Source: the human T2T-CHM13v2.0 reference genome, Homo sapiens. From it: a stretch of DNA of 64,000 nt. Shown here piece after piece: positions 29,151 through 41,505 of this stretch (positions are counted from its first letter, which is position 1; the number at the start of each line of letters is the position of its first letter). Location of the stretch: assembly GCF_009914755.1 (NCBI RefSeq), contig NC_060947.1; one strand, written 5' to 3'. Under the pieces are notes generated by a model. That model saw only the letters and a program-made list of their open reading frames with translations. It did not search any database and was not told the origin of the DNA. The translations under genes and the position numbers were made by a program.

Positions 29151-30141
29151 TGGCAGATGCCTGTTATTTCTAACATTATTTGACCCCAGGCCCTAGGACT
29201 CTGGGATTTTGCTGTTGTCATTCTTCTCCGAGACTTATCAGAGAACATAGAGCTCAATAGGACATGGAATAATTAGACAAAAAATGAAGTTTCATCCATA
29301 AAATTCAGTAAGTGGTTACCTCTTAGAAAATGTACTTCAAAATTTGAGTATGCGGGAGTTTTTCCCAGCCAGATGCAGCTCAAAGCTCCTTGAATTTGAG
29401 TCAGAGACTAACTGTTTCCCTCGCTCCCAGATGCTTTTCCATGCAAATCACTATTTTCATTCATGTTTTCACCACTTTGCTTACAACTGGTCAAATTGCA
29501 CTTGAGATAATCTAATTAAAATTCATTTTTAATAGAGTCATCTCTAGTTCTCCCAGTCAGGCAGAAAAGTACCTGGCCAGTGGCTTCTGGGTCTCCTTTC
29601 CAGGGAGATTTATGCTTCTCTCTCAGGAAATGCTTTCAGATGATGAGTGTCCATCACCTAGCTCTTGCACTGTGTTCAACAGCACTGGGACTAAAGCACA
29701 AGATACTTTCCATTCCTGCCCCACTCCTCTCTGTTCATCCACCATCAAAAAAGAACTGTTCAGTTTTCCATTATGAGCTTTTCTCACACCCTCTGAGAAT
29801 CTGGCCCTGGACCCCCCCCCCCCCCCGCCGCCGATTCATTAGAATCAGCTCCCTCCGAAGAAACTGCAGTTTCCCAAAGTCCAAAAGGCCCCACACAGGG
29901 CATTTACCTCTGGACCACTCTCACCTGGAGCCCCACACCCTCACCCCTTTCTTACTTTTTCTCTACATCTTAGAGGGCATCTCTCCACCTTAATTATATG
30001 ACTGCTGCTCCTAGACTTTACTACCCTGTGGGTAGGGGTGAGTCTGGCTTACCTTAGCATCTCCACTATTAACCCAGGGCCTTCCACAGAGCAAATGCTC
30101 AGTGCATAGAGAATAAATGAGCCAGTGAACAGGGAGAATGA

Positions 30142-30147
30142 TTTATT
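30142..30147 (-). terminator. MAGEA5: MAGEA5 polyadenylation signal AATAAA
   Basis: tttatt in the MAGE-A 3' end context (aaattaaatctgaataaa); homologous to 49379-49384. Confidence 0.75.
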
Positions 30148-30686
30148 CAGATTTAATTTGTCTTACATTCTCAAAGAAGCCAAGGAAATCCAGGTATGCA
30201 CATTTTTAAAAAAAAATTTTACCGAATAGACTGAGTATAAGGCAAGAATTAAATATCTTTTAATTTCTTTATCTCATCAGTTTTACTGCTCATTCACATT
30301 TCTAAATGAATACTTATTCCACTGCTGTAACTATGTCCCAATTCACAAAATGGAATGGATTTCCCAATCTGAATAAAAAACAAGACTCTTACTCCTAAAC
30401 TATATAAACAGCACTATGTGTGACTACTGTCATTCATAAATTTGAATGCTGAAGTTCATTCAACCACCCATTAAAAGGAACATTTGAACAATTCCAAAAG
30501 GAAACAAAGACAAATCTCAAAGTCATCCAATAGAACAGAAACCCACTACTAAGAATGTTGACTGCTCTCTTCAAAGAGAGAAGAATGGGCCTCATGTCAC
30601 ATTAAGGCAGGGGAAACTACTGGACGGAGCCCTGGAAGGTGCACTGGCCCAGCCCCCCTCGCAGTGGCCCTGGCTGCAGCTCATGC

Positions 30687-31248
30687 TCAGACTCCCTCTT
30701 CCTCCTCTCTCAAAGCTGCTTCATGCAGGGATGGGTAGGAAATGAGAACTCTTGCATTGACCCTGACCACGTGCTCCAGTACTTTCAAGCAGCGAGTGCC
30801 CTTGGACCCCACAGTAACTCATAGCATATGGGATCACTGCTGGGCACCTGCCGGTACTCCAGGTAGTTTTCCTGCACCAAATCTTGGGTGAGCAGCTTCC
30901 TGGGCTCCCCACAGACACTGTGCTCCCTCCCAACATACACCTTCATCACACCCAGCTCCTCCCAGATTTTCTCCTCAGGGACGCATTTGCCCTCCATTGC
31001 AATCATGCCCAAGACGATTATCAGGAGGCCCGTCTTGGGCATGATCTGATTAAACCACCAGGCCATCATAGGAGTCCCAGGCAGGTGACAAGGGTGTAGG
31101 TGTTGCTGGTGGGGTCCGCTTCCTTCACGTCAATGCCAAAGACCAGCTGCAAGGACTCGGAGGCTTTGCCGAAGATCTCAGGAAAGCAGCGCTTGTAATT
31201 TTTGATGACGCTCTCCAGCATTTCTGCCTTTGTGACCGGCTCCTTGAC
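30687..31248 (-). pseudogene. MAGEA5: Disrupted remainder of the MAGE homology domain of MAGEA5
   Basis: Continues [43 protein letters not shown], frameshifts near 31075, resumes [11 protein letters not shown]...[23 protein letters not shown]...LWGPRA, has a deletion near 30790, and ends at ancestral EEEGV*. Confidence 0.92.
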
Positions 31249-31623
31249 TTAATACTTGAGGAGCAGAAAATGAATCAAGTCAGCCACCTTCTTACTGAGT
31301 GCTGCTCGGAACACAGACTCTGGGTCAGGGGAGGTGCTTGGCCCCTCCTCTTCTTGGTTGCTGGAGCCCTTAATGGATTGCCTCCATAGAGTGAAATCGA
31401 TGGCAGTGGGGATGGCGGAGGCTCCCTGAGGACTCTTGAGAGGACCTGGTGACCCAGCAGCAGGCACCTCCCCCAGGGTGCCTGGGACCAGAGGAGAGGA
31501 GGAGGACACAGCCTCCTGCTCCTCAGTAGTGGCAGCCTGCACACCCACCAGGCCCAGGGCCTCTTCTTGGGTGTCAAGGCCTTCCTCAGGCTTGCAGTGC
31601 TGACTCTTCTGCTCAAGAGACAT
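31249..31623 (-). CDS. MAGEA5: Melanoma-associated antigen 5, truncated 124-aa ORF (often treated as a pseudogene)
   Basis: [31 protein letters not shown]...[16 protein letters not shown]; ATG at 31623; last-exon acceptor at 31689-31690. Confidence 0.92.
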   Translation of the reverse strand: MSLEQKSQHCKPEEGLDTQEEALGLVGVQAATTEEQEAVSSSSPLVPGTLGEVPAAGSPGPLKSPQGASAIPTAIDFTLWRQSIKGSSNQEEEGPSTSPDPESVFRAALSKKVADLIHFLLLKY

Positions 31624-31763
31624 GACGACTCTGGTCACCGCAACAGGCAGGAGTGTGGGCAGGAGCTGGGCAATGGAGACCCACTGGCCTGGAGAGAGAG
31701 GGAGCATGTGAGAAGCCTCAGCTAAAAACTGAACCTTGGAGGCTCTAACAAAGGCTTACTTAC

Positions 31764-31850
31764 AGATCTTCTCCTTTGGTGCTCCTCTAGGGCCTCCTGG
31801 GGATCCTCTGGAGCTTCCTGGTGATCCTGGTCAGCCTGTCCCCTGAGAAC
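31764..31850 (-). other. MAGEA5: MAGEA5 penultimate non-coding exon
   Basis: cttcag|gttctcagggg ... agatct|gtaagt; homologous to 51825-51898. Confidence 0.75.
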
Positions 31851-33779
31851 CTGAAGGAAAAAGTGAGAGGGCACCTCAGGGTACACAAGCAAGCAGAGGC
31901 TGATTCTGCAGGACTGACAGTAGAGAGGGTGAGGCCAGGTGCTCTGGAGTCCCATATGTTCTGGGGCGATGGGGGCCATTAGTGTGCATTCAAGGCAAAC
32001 GTTCACTGCTGGCACTAGACGTCTGCATCTCCTCTGCTCTGTGACCTGAGGGCACGGCCTCAGACCAAGGCCTCAGTGTCTGTTTCCTGGAGCTCCTGGA
32101 AGAGGAATGCATGGGCCCTCAGGGTGCAGACTGCAAGCACAGCCTCAGGCCCCCAGTGCTAACAGGAGGGTAGGCTGGAATCTGTGAGGTCTCCACCCTC
32201 TTGGGGTGAATGGTCCCCTCTGTGCTCACACAGGGCCCTCACCTTTCTCCTGGCAAGGCCTGGATCCCACCCTTTTGCTGGCCTGAGAAACTCAGATTAA
32301 GAGCTCACATCCCTGATAGGGAACAGGACATGAGGAGACTCACATCTGGCCACACGTGCCCAGGTCCTCTTGGGAAGGACAGGAAGAGATGCTGAAATGC
32401 ATTGGAATTCATGTGTCCTGGGTGAGGAACCTGCTTCGTTCTTACCTTGTCTCCTGGCAGGGCCTAAGACGCTCCCTCTACTGACCTGAGTGCAGACCCC
32501 TCGACAAAGACCTCCCCATCACTGACACCAATGATCCCAGGGTAAGTGGGGGGGACTGCAGCAGACAGCCCTGCCCATGCTCTCTGGAGTGACAGCAGGG
32601 GCAGGGCAGATTTCCGTGAGGTCCTCATCTGTGTTCTGGCCCAAGGGTGCCCTCAATCGTCCCTCATGTTCCTCACCGGAACTACTGACAGATCCTGGGA
32701 CCACTCTGTCTATCCACCAGATGGGGGCCCCTGTGTTGACCTGAGTCATCCTCGGAGAACAAGTTCCTCACCTCCCCGAGATCTGAAAACAGGAATGAGA
32801 TGGAGCTACATCCTGTCACCCCCACATGGGGTGTCCAGGTATGACCCCTTTGGTTCTGGGGTGAGTGTTTCTATGGCCTCCTGTGGGTTACTCTTCATCG
32901 TGATGGGGCCTGCCATTCCTCAACCTGAAACCCCCTGAGATGAGCAGATAGCTCCCCTTTACTGCAAGACCCCATCACCCTGAGGGCTCTTCAACTTCTT
33001 TCCTGTGGCACAAATGAGGTTGGCACATAGGGCTATCCTTGATTTGGTCCCCTCTGAGCAAAAATCAGGGGACAGCCAGACTCTGTGGGGTCCCTTCTTT
33101 CTGAGCCAAGGTGTCCCCAATCTTCATGAATGGGGCACACATTGGGGCCTGCAGATGCTGGGACTCCTCCCTCTGCTGACCTGAGTCACCACTGCTCTGA
33201 CCACAGCCCTCTCCTCTTTGTCACCCAGAAGGTGCAGCAAGCATGGGCTACAGGTGGCCACTGTGCACTGGACCTCCCAGGGCAAAGGTCCCCATTGTTC
33301 TGGACTCAAAGGTACCCTGAGTCCTCCCTCTTCTTCCTCTCCTTGATCCTGGCAGGGTTGGGCCCCACCCTCTGCTGACGTGAGTCTCCATCCCTCTGAT
33401 TCCCGAGGATGAAAGAGGAGGCGCCTCAGTCTCAGACAGGGTTGGAGTGGACCCCCTATCCTGAGGACCTGGGTTCCCTGAGGCCTCCCTTTACTCCCAG
33501 CAGGGCTTGAGGAGCAGAGACTCCCCTGAGGCCCTGCTCATGATACTAAGCCCTTTCCCTCCTTCAGCCCTGGATGTGGACGTCAGAATGGGTGTGCCTG
33601 TCTGTCATTCCTGGGGCTTCTGTGGGTTGACTGCAGGGAAAGAAACAGATTCTGCCAAGATGGGGTAGGGTGTGGGGATGGGGCTGGGAATGCAAGTAGA
33701 GTGGGTATGGGGTTAGGGATGGGTATAGGGGTTGGGGTGGGGGCCCTCAATTCTCTCTCAGGGTCCTGATTTTGATGCC

Positions 33780-36700
33780 TGACAGAGCCTGGCCCCTGCC
33801 CTCTCCTGACCGGCCCTTCCCTGGTCACACCAAGGTCTGACTCCAGAGTCCCTTGTGGCTTAAGTGGCAGTGGGGAGGGGGGAAGGTCCAGCCTGAGAAG
33901 TCTGCCCTGGGTGGTCCAGGGCTGGCAGCAGAGGTAGTACTGGATTATTTGGGGTTCTCTATCTGGGTGAGGGCTTCCTCATTCCTTCCTCGGGGGTCTC
34001 ACCTTGCCTCCTCACAGAGCCCGGGCCCATTCCCCTCTGCTGATCTCAGTCGGCTTCTCAGAACCATGCCCTTGATTCTCTCTGACCCGCAATGCACAAG
34101 TCAGCAGCATCACATCCGGCCCCCTAGGGCTTCCCTGGGTTGAAATCAGGGGCAGAATCGGATTCTGCCAGGATAGGGGTGGGGGATGTGGGATAGAGGT
34201 GCCGGTAGGGATGGGGTGGGGGAATGGGGGGTGTAGGTGGGGGACGGAGGTAGGGACAGGAATAGAGTTTGGGGTGGGGGTAGCCTCAGCTTTCCCTTAG
34301 GTTCCTGACGTTGTTTCCTGGCAGAGCCTGGGAGCTGTCCTCTCCTAACCAGTCCTGCCCTGGTCATACCAAGCTCTGTCTCCTGAGTCCCCTGCGGCTT
34401 AAGCGGTGGGGGACTGGGGGTGGCCCAGCCTAAGGAGTCCTGCCCTGGATGGTCCAGAGCTAGCAGCAGGAGAGGTGGCACTGGATTATTTGGGGTCCAC
34501 TACCAGGGGTGGGATACTCCTTAGTCCTCCCTCAGCATCTCACCTTGCATCCTCACAGAGCCAGGGCCAGCTGCCCTCAGCTGATCTCCAGCTGCCCCTG
34601 AGAGCGAGGCCCTTGCTTCTCTCCGACCTCAAATGTGCAAGACAGTGGCACCACATCTGGTCACCCAGGGATTCCCTGGGTTGAAAGCAGGAGCAGAACC
34701 GAATTCTGCCAGGGTGTGGGGGGGTGGGAGGGTGAGGAGGAGGGTCAGGGGTGGGGAAGATGGGAATGGTGGGAGTAGGGATGAACGTGGTGGGGAGTGG
34801 GCAGGATAGGGTTTCTGGTGGGGGATAGGGGTTCTGGTGGGGGATGGAGGTGGGGATGGGGATGGAAATGGGGATGGGGTGGGGGATGGGAATGGGGGTT
34901 GGGGGCCCTCAGCCCTCACTTAGGGTCCTGATGTTGATGCCTGGCAGAGCTTGGCCACTGCCCTCTCCTAACCAGCCCTGCCTTGGTCACACGAAGCTCT
35001 GACTCCAGAGTCCCTTGCGGCTTAAGCCACAGGGGTTGGCAGGGTGCAGGGGGTGGCCCAGACTGAGAAGTCCGCCCCCAGGTGGTTTAGGGCTGGCAGC
35101 AGGAGTAGTGCTGGATTATTTGGGGCCCTCTATCTGGGGTGGGGGCCTCCTGAGTCCTCCCTTAGAGTCTCACCTTGCCTCCTCACAGAGCCTGGACCCA
35201 CTTCCCTCCACCAATCTCAAGCCGCCACTCAGAGCGAGAACTTCGCTTCTCTTTGACCCCCAACGCCAAGTCAGTGGTGTCACATCCGGGCACCCGGGGA
35301 TTCCCTCGGTTGAAAGCAGGGGCGAAACCGGATTCTACCAGAATGTAGGGATAGGGGGGTGAGGGTAGGGTAGATGAGGGTGGGGGTGGGGTGGGATGAG
35401 AGTAGTGGGGCCTGGGGAGGATGGGGGTTCTCATGGGGGATGGGGTTAGGAGTGTAGATGGAAATGGGGATGGAGTGGGGGATGGGAATGGGGGTGGGGG
35501 GCCTTCAGCCCTAACTTAGGGTCCTGACGTTGATGCCTGGCAGAGCCTGGGCCCTGCCCTCTCTTAAGCAGACCTGCTGTGACTCCAGAGTCCCCTGCGG
35601 CTTAAGTGGCAGGGTTGGCAGGGTGCTGGGGGGTGGCCCTGACTGAGAAGTTTGCCCCTAGATGGTCCAGGGCTGGCAGCAGGGGCGAAGCTGGATTATT
35701 TGGGGCCCTCTATCTGGGGTGGGGGCATCCTGATCCCTCCCTCAGCCCTCACCTTGCCTCCTCACAGAGCCTGGGCCCACTTCCCTCCTCCAATCCCAAG
35801 CCGCCTGTCAGACCAAGAAGCTCGCTTCTCTCTGACCCCCAATGCGCAAATCAGTGGCGTCACATCCAGGCCAGGGGCTTCCCGGGGTTGACAGACCCAG
35901 ATTCTGCCAGGATGGAGCTATAGAGGGGTAAGGGTTGGGGAGATGAGGGTGGGGATGGGGGAGGGATGAAGATGGTGGGGACTGGGGAGGATGAGGGTGC
36001 TGTTGGGGAATGGGGGTGATGATGGGGTTGGGAATGAAGATGGGAATGGGGATGTGGTAGGGGATGGGAATAGGGAAGAGGGGCCCTCAGCCCTCCGTTA
36101 GGTTCCTGATGTTAATGCCTGGCAGAGCCTGGACGCTGCCTTCTTCTAACCAGCCCTTTCCTGGTCACACCAGGCTCTGGCTCCAGAGTACCCTGGGGCT
36201 TAAGCCACGGGGGGCTGGGGGCGGCCCTGCCTGAGAAGTTGGCTGGCAGCAGGAGCGGTGCTGGATTATTTGGGGCTCTCTATCTGGGGTGAGGTGTCCT
36301 CAGTCCTCTCTCAGCGTCTCACCTTAACCCCTCACAGAGCCTGGGCCTGCTTCCTTCCACCGATCTCAAGCTGCTCCTAAGACCAAGAACCTGGCTTCTC
36401 TCTGATACCCAATGCGCAAGTCAGTGGCATCACATCCGGGCCACCTGGCGCTTCTGTGAGTTGACAGAAAGGGGGGAACCGGATCCTGCCTTAATGTGGG
36501 TGGGGGTGGCGGTGCGGGGTGGCAGTCTTGGTGTTGAGTATGGGGTTGGGGGTGGCAGTGGTGATCATGGCACTGTGGGTCGTGGTGGGGGTGGGAGTGG
36601 GGGTGGGGAAGCCTGCCATTCCTCAGGGTGCTGACGTTGATACCTGGCAGAGCCTGGGCCCCTGTTCTCTGTTGATTGTGTCTGCTTCCCTCAGACCAAG
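33780..36700 (-). promoter_or_regulatory. MAGEA5: Tandem array of five ~540-630 bp MAGE-A promoter/first-exon units
   Basis: Donors aag|gtgag with exon ends at 34003, 34544, 35174, 35753 and 36323; each has an upstream Ets-like GGATGTG and G-rich spacers. Confidence 0.85.
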
Positions 36701-37699
36701 TTTCTGACTCTGAGAAATGTGGTCAACGTGACAACATTGCCAGGGTCTTCCAGGGCTGACAGGAGGGGCTGAGCTGGATTCTGTGGCCCCTCACTGTGGG
36801 GGTGGGTGGACCCTCAGTCCTCACTCAGGAGAGTCCCCCTCCTGGCTCCTGGCTCTTTGATGAAGTGATGGGTGGGAGATGCTCTGTTTCTGTCACCTCT
36901 GAGCATTTGCCCAGCCGCACCCCCTGCAGAGCATGGTTGCGGGTACCAGGCCAGATGGTCCCTGGGGAGCTGCAGCACCCGTGATTGTAATGACCTCTGG
37001 GAGAAGACACACATCTTCTCACCGGGGTTCCTCCCCAACCAGAGCTAGACTTTGCAAACTTTTTGTCCTAAATGATTCATTCTCTCCATCAAAGAAATAT
37101 GTTTTACATATTTTCCAAGTATATATGTAGGTAGCAATATATATATTTATTTATGTGAAAGAATACGTACCCTTAGTATGCATGATTCACTCTGACATTC
37201 TATTCTGCTTCTGTTCCATTGTTTATATTCTGTTGAAACAATATTTTAAAACGCAAATCCTTTCCCACTATGTTGGTTACAGATCGTTATTAGCAGACCT
37301 CCGGAGCCACACTGCCTTAACCAACACAGTTTTCCTGGAGTTCTGGTTTTACTCTGGGGCTACTGACATTGTGTTTTGAGGTGGTGCTTCAGATTGTGCA
37401 ATGAAGTGAGGTGGAAATTTAAAAATGTTCATCCTATTCGTTCAGTCATCTGCCGTATAGGCAGGCTGCAGACCTCCCCTACATCTCTGCTGCTGACCCC
37501 CTTCCAGCCAACACTGTCCCAAACACAAGTACCAGTTCAACACAGTCTTCAGTCTCACCCAGGGTTTTCTCTGTTTTGTTGCTTAGATTTTATTGCTGAT
37601 ATTGTTTTTTTTTTTTCTCTTTCTTTTTCCCTTCTATAATTTTCCAGGGTTGATTTGGGAAGCAGAGAATAGCCGCCCAAATTTGATTGTAATTTTGGC

Positions 37700-40600
37700 G
37701 GCTACAGGTAAGGCACTAAATTGTAAATAATTTAAGTATAATTGACATTTTTACAATGTTCTGTTCCCCATCAATGAACAGGTTATGCTCCTCTTTATTT
37801 CAGACCCTCTTAACCTGAATCTATCAGTATACTTTGATAGTTGCCTCTAGAAAGACCTTATACATTTTTGTTAGGGTTCTTTTCAGGTTAATTCTTGGAT
37901 TTTGTTACTATTGCAAATGGCATATTTTCTATTGTTTGTTCTAATTAGGTATTGCTTTCGCATGTCAAAGATTTTGACTTTGCTATAGTAATGTTACACA
38001 CCTCTTTCTGAAAGCCCATTCACCTGAATATTCCATTTGCCTATTCCTTTGAATTTTCAAGACCGATAATGACATTATCACTAAACATTATGTATTTTTC
38101 CAATATTCACAACCCTTATTTATTTTGATACTTATAGCTCTGACTTTGTGTCTCAATGATGATTTAAAACATAGAGATAATAGCCTACATCTACTTCTTG
38201 CTCCTGACATTAATGATAATTCTTTGAACGTTTCACATTTAAGTATGTTTGCTGTTGATTTTAGGAAATAGAAGTTATCTTTCAATATAGGTTAACTAAA
38301 TATTTTTACCATGAATTCATCGAATTTCTTTCAAAAGCTTTTTCTGTACCCATTAACACAATCAAATTTTTTTCTACTCTATTTTGTATGTAAAGAATTA
38401 CAATGAAACTTTTTTTCCTAATGTGGAATCATATTGTCTTTCCTTGGGCAGAGCCTGTTTGTTCATTTAATATTCTACTAATTTACATAGAATAATTGCT
38501 GCTATGTAACAGAGCTTGCTTGATGTGTTTTTTATATCGGGGTGGGAGGTGGTCCTCATCTGTTTTTTGAATCCAAGAGGGCTCATCTGGGAGAACAAAG
38601 TGAACAATTGCCTATATTTTGTGTGCATTGGAAGAGCTGAGATAAGATGGTGGTTAGTTTCCCCTGATTATTTAGTAGAATCGGCCTCCAAAACTGACTA
38701 ACATGGAACGTTTGAGGGTGGCTTGAGCTTTGAATAGTTTGAGCTTGTATAGTTTCAGTTTGTAAAGTTTAATTAAGGTTTTCTTTTTGGATCAATTTGG
38801 TCACTTGGTCACTTATTTATTTATTTCTACAAAGTGATCAGTTTCACTTATGATTTAACTTTTAGTGGAATGATATTTATGATAAAAAATGTTTTATTAG
38901 GGAAAGCCTCAAACATACAGATTAATAGAGAGACTAATATAGTGAACCCAGTGTAGATGACTCTCAGCATCAATAACCTTAACTACACGGCAAACCTGTT
39001 TCCAGTTAGACACTCACCTACCAGCACCTAAGCTGCTGGAGTAACGTGGAGCAAGTCTAAGACATCATACGATTTCATCTCTAAATAATTCAATATGATA
39101 TTTTTAAAAGATAGGGACTTTGTATTAAACAAAAACCCAATATTATTTTCATTTCTAAAAAGTAAATAAATGATTATCAAATGTTCAACTGTTTTACACA
39201 CTTACCTGGTAGACTTATACTTTATAAAAATTGTGTTTCTTTGTATGAGTACCCAAGTATAATATTATATAGTGATTTTTTGGTCATACTCCTTAAGTCT
39301 TCTATCATTTGTAGGTCCCCTCCACATGACCTGTTTTCTTGCCACTGTTTTGTTGTTGTTGGAAAGAAACAGATCTTGTGTTCTTTCCAGTTTTCCATAG
39401 TCTGGATTTGGCTGAATACAACACTGTGATGTCCTTTATCATATTCTTTAGCCCTGCATTTCTAGGACTACAAGATGCTCTAGGCTCATTGGGTTTATGC
39501 CCTGCCCCAGTCCTAAAATCAGCCATTTCTCCAGAGATCTGGTTCCTTTTAATAGGAAATGGTTCTAGAAATTTACATCTGGGTGCTAGGTGTGCTCATT
39601 GCTACTTTTGCTTTTGGTGTTGAATTTACAAACTTTTTACCAAACTTAAAGTAATGTAAATTTTCTCTTATTTTCTTATAGAAGTTGTATAATTTTTGCA
39701 TTTTGCATTAGGTCTATGATGTAGCTTGAGTTAATCTTTGTGAAATACCTAAGGATTTGTCTAGGTTATTATTATTATTGTTGGTGTATAGATGTCCAAT
39801 TTTTCATGCACCATTTGTTGGAACAACTATACTTTCAGCATTATTGCTTTGTTATAAATCACCTGAATATATGTGTGCAGGTCTATTTCTGGGCTGTATT
39901 CTGTTTTTTTAATATATGTTCTTTATCCATTCACCAAAAGAAATACATCTTGGATGCTTCTATTTTTGGTGATTATGAAATAAGCTATTGTACACATTCA
40001 CATACAAATTTTTATGTAGGCGTAAGTTTTCAAATCAGTTGGGTAAATACCTAGGCGTAGGACTGCTGAATCTTATCGTAAGACTATGTTCAGTTTTTTT
40101 AAGAAAATGCCAAACTGTCTACTTCCAAAGTGGCTGCATCATTTTGCATTTCCACCATCAATGAATGAGAGTTTCTGTTGCTCCACATCTTCACTAGCAA
40201 TTGGTCTTTTTTTTATCTTAGACATTCTAATAGGTGTATAGTGGTTTCTCATTTTAGTACACAATTCTCTAATGACAAAAGACGTCCAGGACTTTTACTA
40301 TGCTTATTTGCCATCTGTATATCTTCTTTGGTGTACTGTCTGTTCAGATCTTCAACTATTTTCGTTTATTTTCTATTGTTGAGTTTTAAGAAGTTGTGTA
40401 TATTGTAGAGACAAGTTCTTTATCACATATGTGTGCTACAGATGTTTTCTGCTAGTCTGTAGCTTCTGTTTTTATTCTGTTAACTCTGTTTTTTGAAGAG
40501 CATAAGATTTTTATTTTAATAAAATCCAACTTGGCTAATTTTTCCTTCATTGATGATACTTTTGGTGCTGAATTTTAAAACTCATCATCAAACTCAAATT

Positions 40601-40880
40601 TGTGTAGATTTTCTCTTACGCTTTCTTCTAGAAGTTGTATGGTTTTTGCATTTTGCATTAGATCTATGACGTATTTTGAGTTGATCTTGTGAAATTTTTA
40701 AGGATATGTCTAGGTTATTATTATTATTATTATTATTATTTGTGTCTAGATGTCCAATTGTTCAGGCACCACTTGTTGGAAAAAACTATACTTTTACCAT
40801 TATTGCCTTTGTTGCAATTCACCTGACTATATGTGTGCCAGTCTGTTTCTGAGCTCTATTCTGTTTTATTAATCTATGTG
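37700..40880 (-). mobile_element. Old L1M fragments co-duplicated with the MAGE-A unit
   Basis: Antisense L1 motifs; colinear with ~56140-60200. Confidence 0.65.
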
Positions 40881-40892
40881 TTTATTCTTTGC

Positions 40893-41400
40893 TAATGGTT
40901 ATGTCCTCTACCGCATTCATATTTTGAATCCCTCAGCTCCAGGGTGTCTGTATTTGGAGATGGGGCCTCTAAGGAAGTAATTAATATTGAAAGAGGTCAT
41001 AAGGGTGGGGCCTTGATCCCATAAGATTAGTGTGGTTATAAGGGAAGCAAGAAAGCACTCTTGTGCTTGCATGAGTTCTCTCTCTCTCTCTCTCACCCTC
41101 TCCCTCCCTCTCTCTCTCACTCTCTCCCTCCCTCTCTCTCTCTCTCCCTCCCTCCCTCCCTCCTTCCCTTTCTCCCTCCCTCCTTCCCTTTCTCCCTCTC
41201 TCCATGCACATGCACAGATGAAAGGACAAGAATGAACATAATGAGAATGGGCCATCTACAAGCTGGGAATAAGAAACTGACCCTCCAGTCCTTTATCTGT
41301 GACTTTTAGTCTCCAAAACTGTGAAAAAAATAATTTCTGTTGTTTCAGCTAAATAATCCATGCCATTTTGTTATGGAAGCCAAAGCTGACTAAAACATAA
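40893..41400 (+). mobile_element. MaLR LTR (MLT1A-like) containing a CT-rich tract at 41077-41202
   Basis: gtatttggagatggggcctctaaggaagtaatta...gaggtcataagggtggggccttgatcc; ends ttttgttatggaagccaaagctgactaaaaca. Confidence 0.8.
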
Positions 41401-41505
41401 CCACAGGTTATAAAACTTTTCTTCTGTTTTCTCCTAGAAAAAAAGTATTTTTGACATTTAGGGCTATGATTCATTTTGAGTTACATTTTTGTATGGGGCA
41501 AGGTA

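Noticed and set aside
29812-29826. Long poly-C run (and poly-G at ~53484-53500)
   Set aside because: Simple homopolymers with no supporting structure
31624-31707. N-terminal extension of MAGEA5 in the 152-aa ORF call
   Set aside because: The upstream ATG lies in the intron before the acceptor at 31689-31690
33583-36707. Multiple Pro/Gly-rich ORFs, and a CRISPR-like repeat/spacer appearance
   Set aside because: These arise from GC-rich MAGE promoter repeats of ~570 bp; eukaryotic context and no cas genes
40917-41309. RE-rich and SL-rich ORFs
   Set aside because: Translations of the CT microsatellite in an LTR; the same applies to 62062-62347
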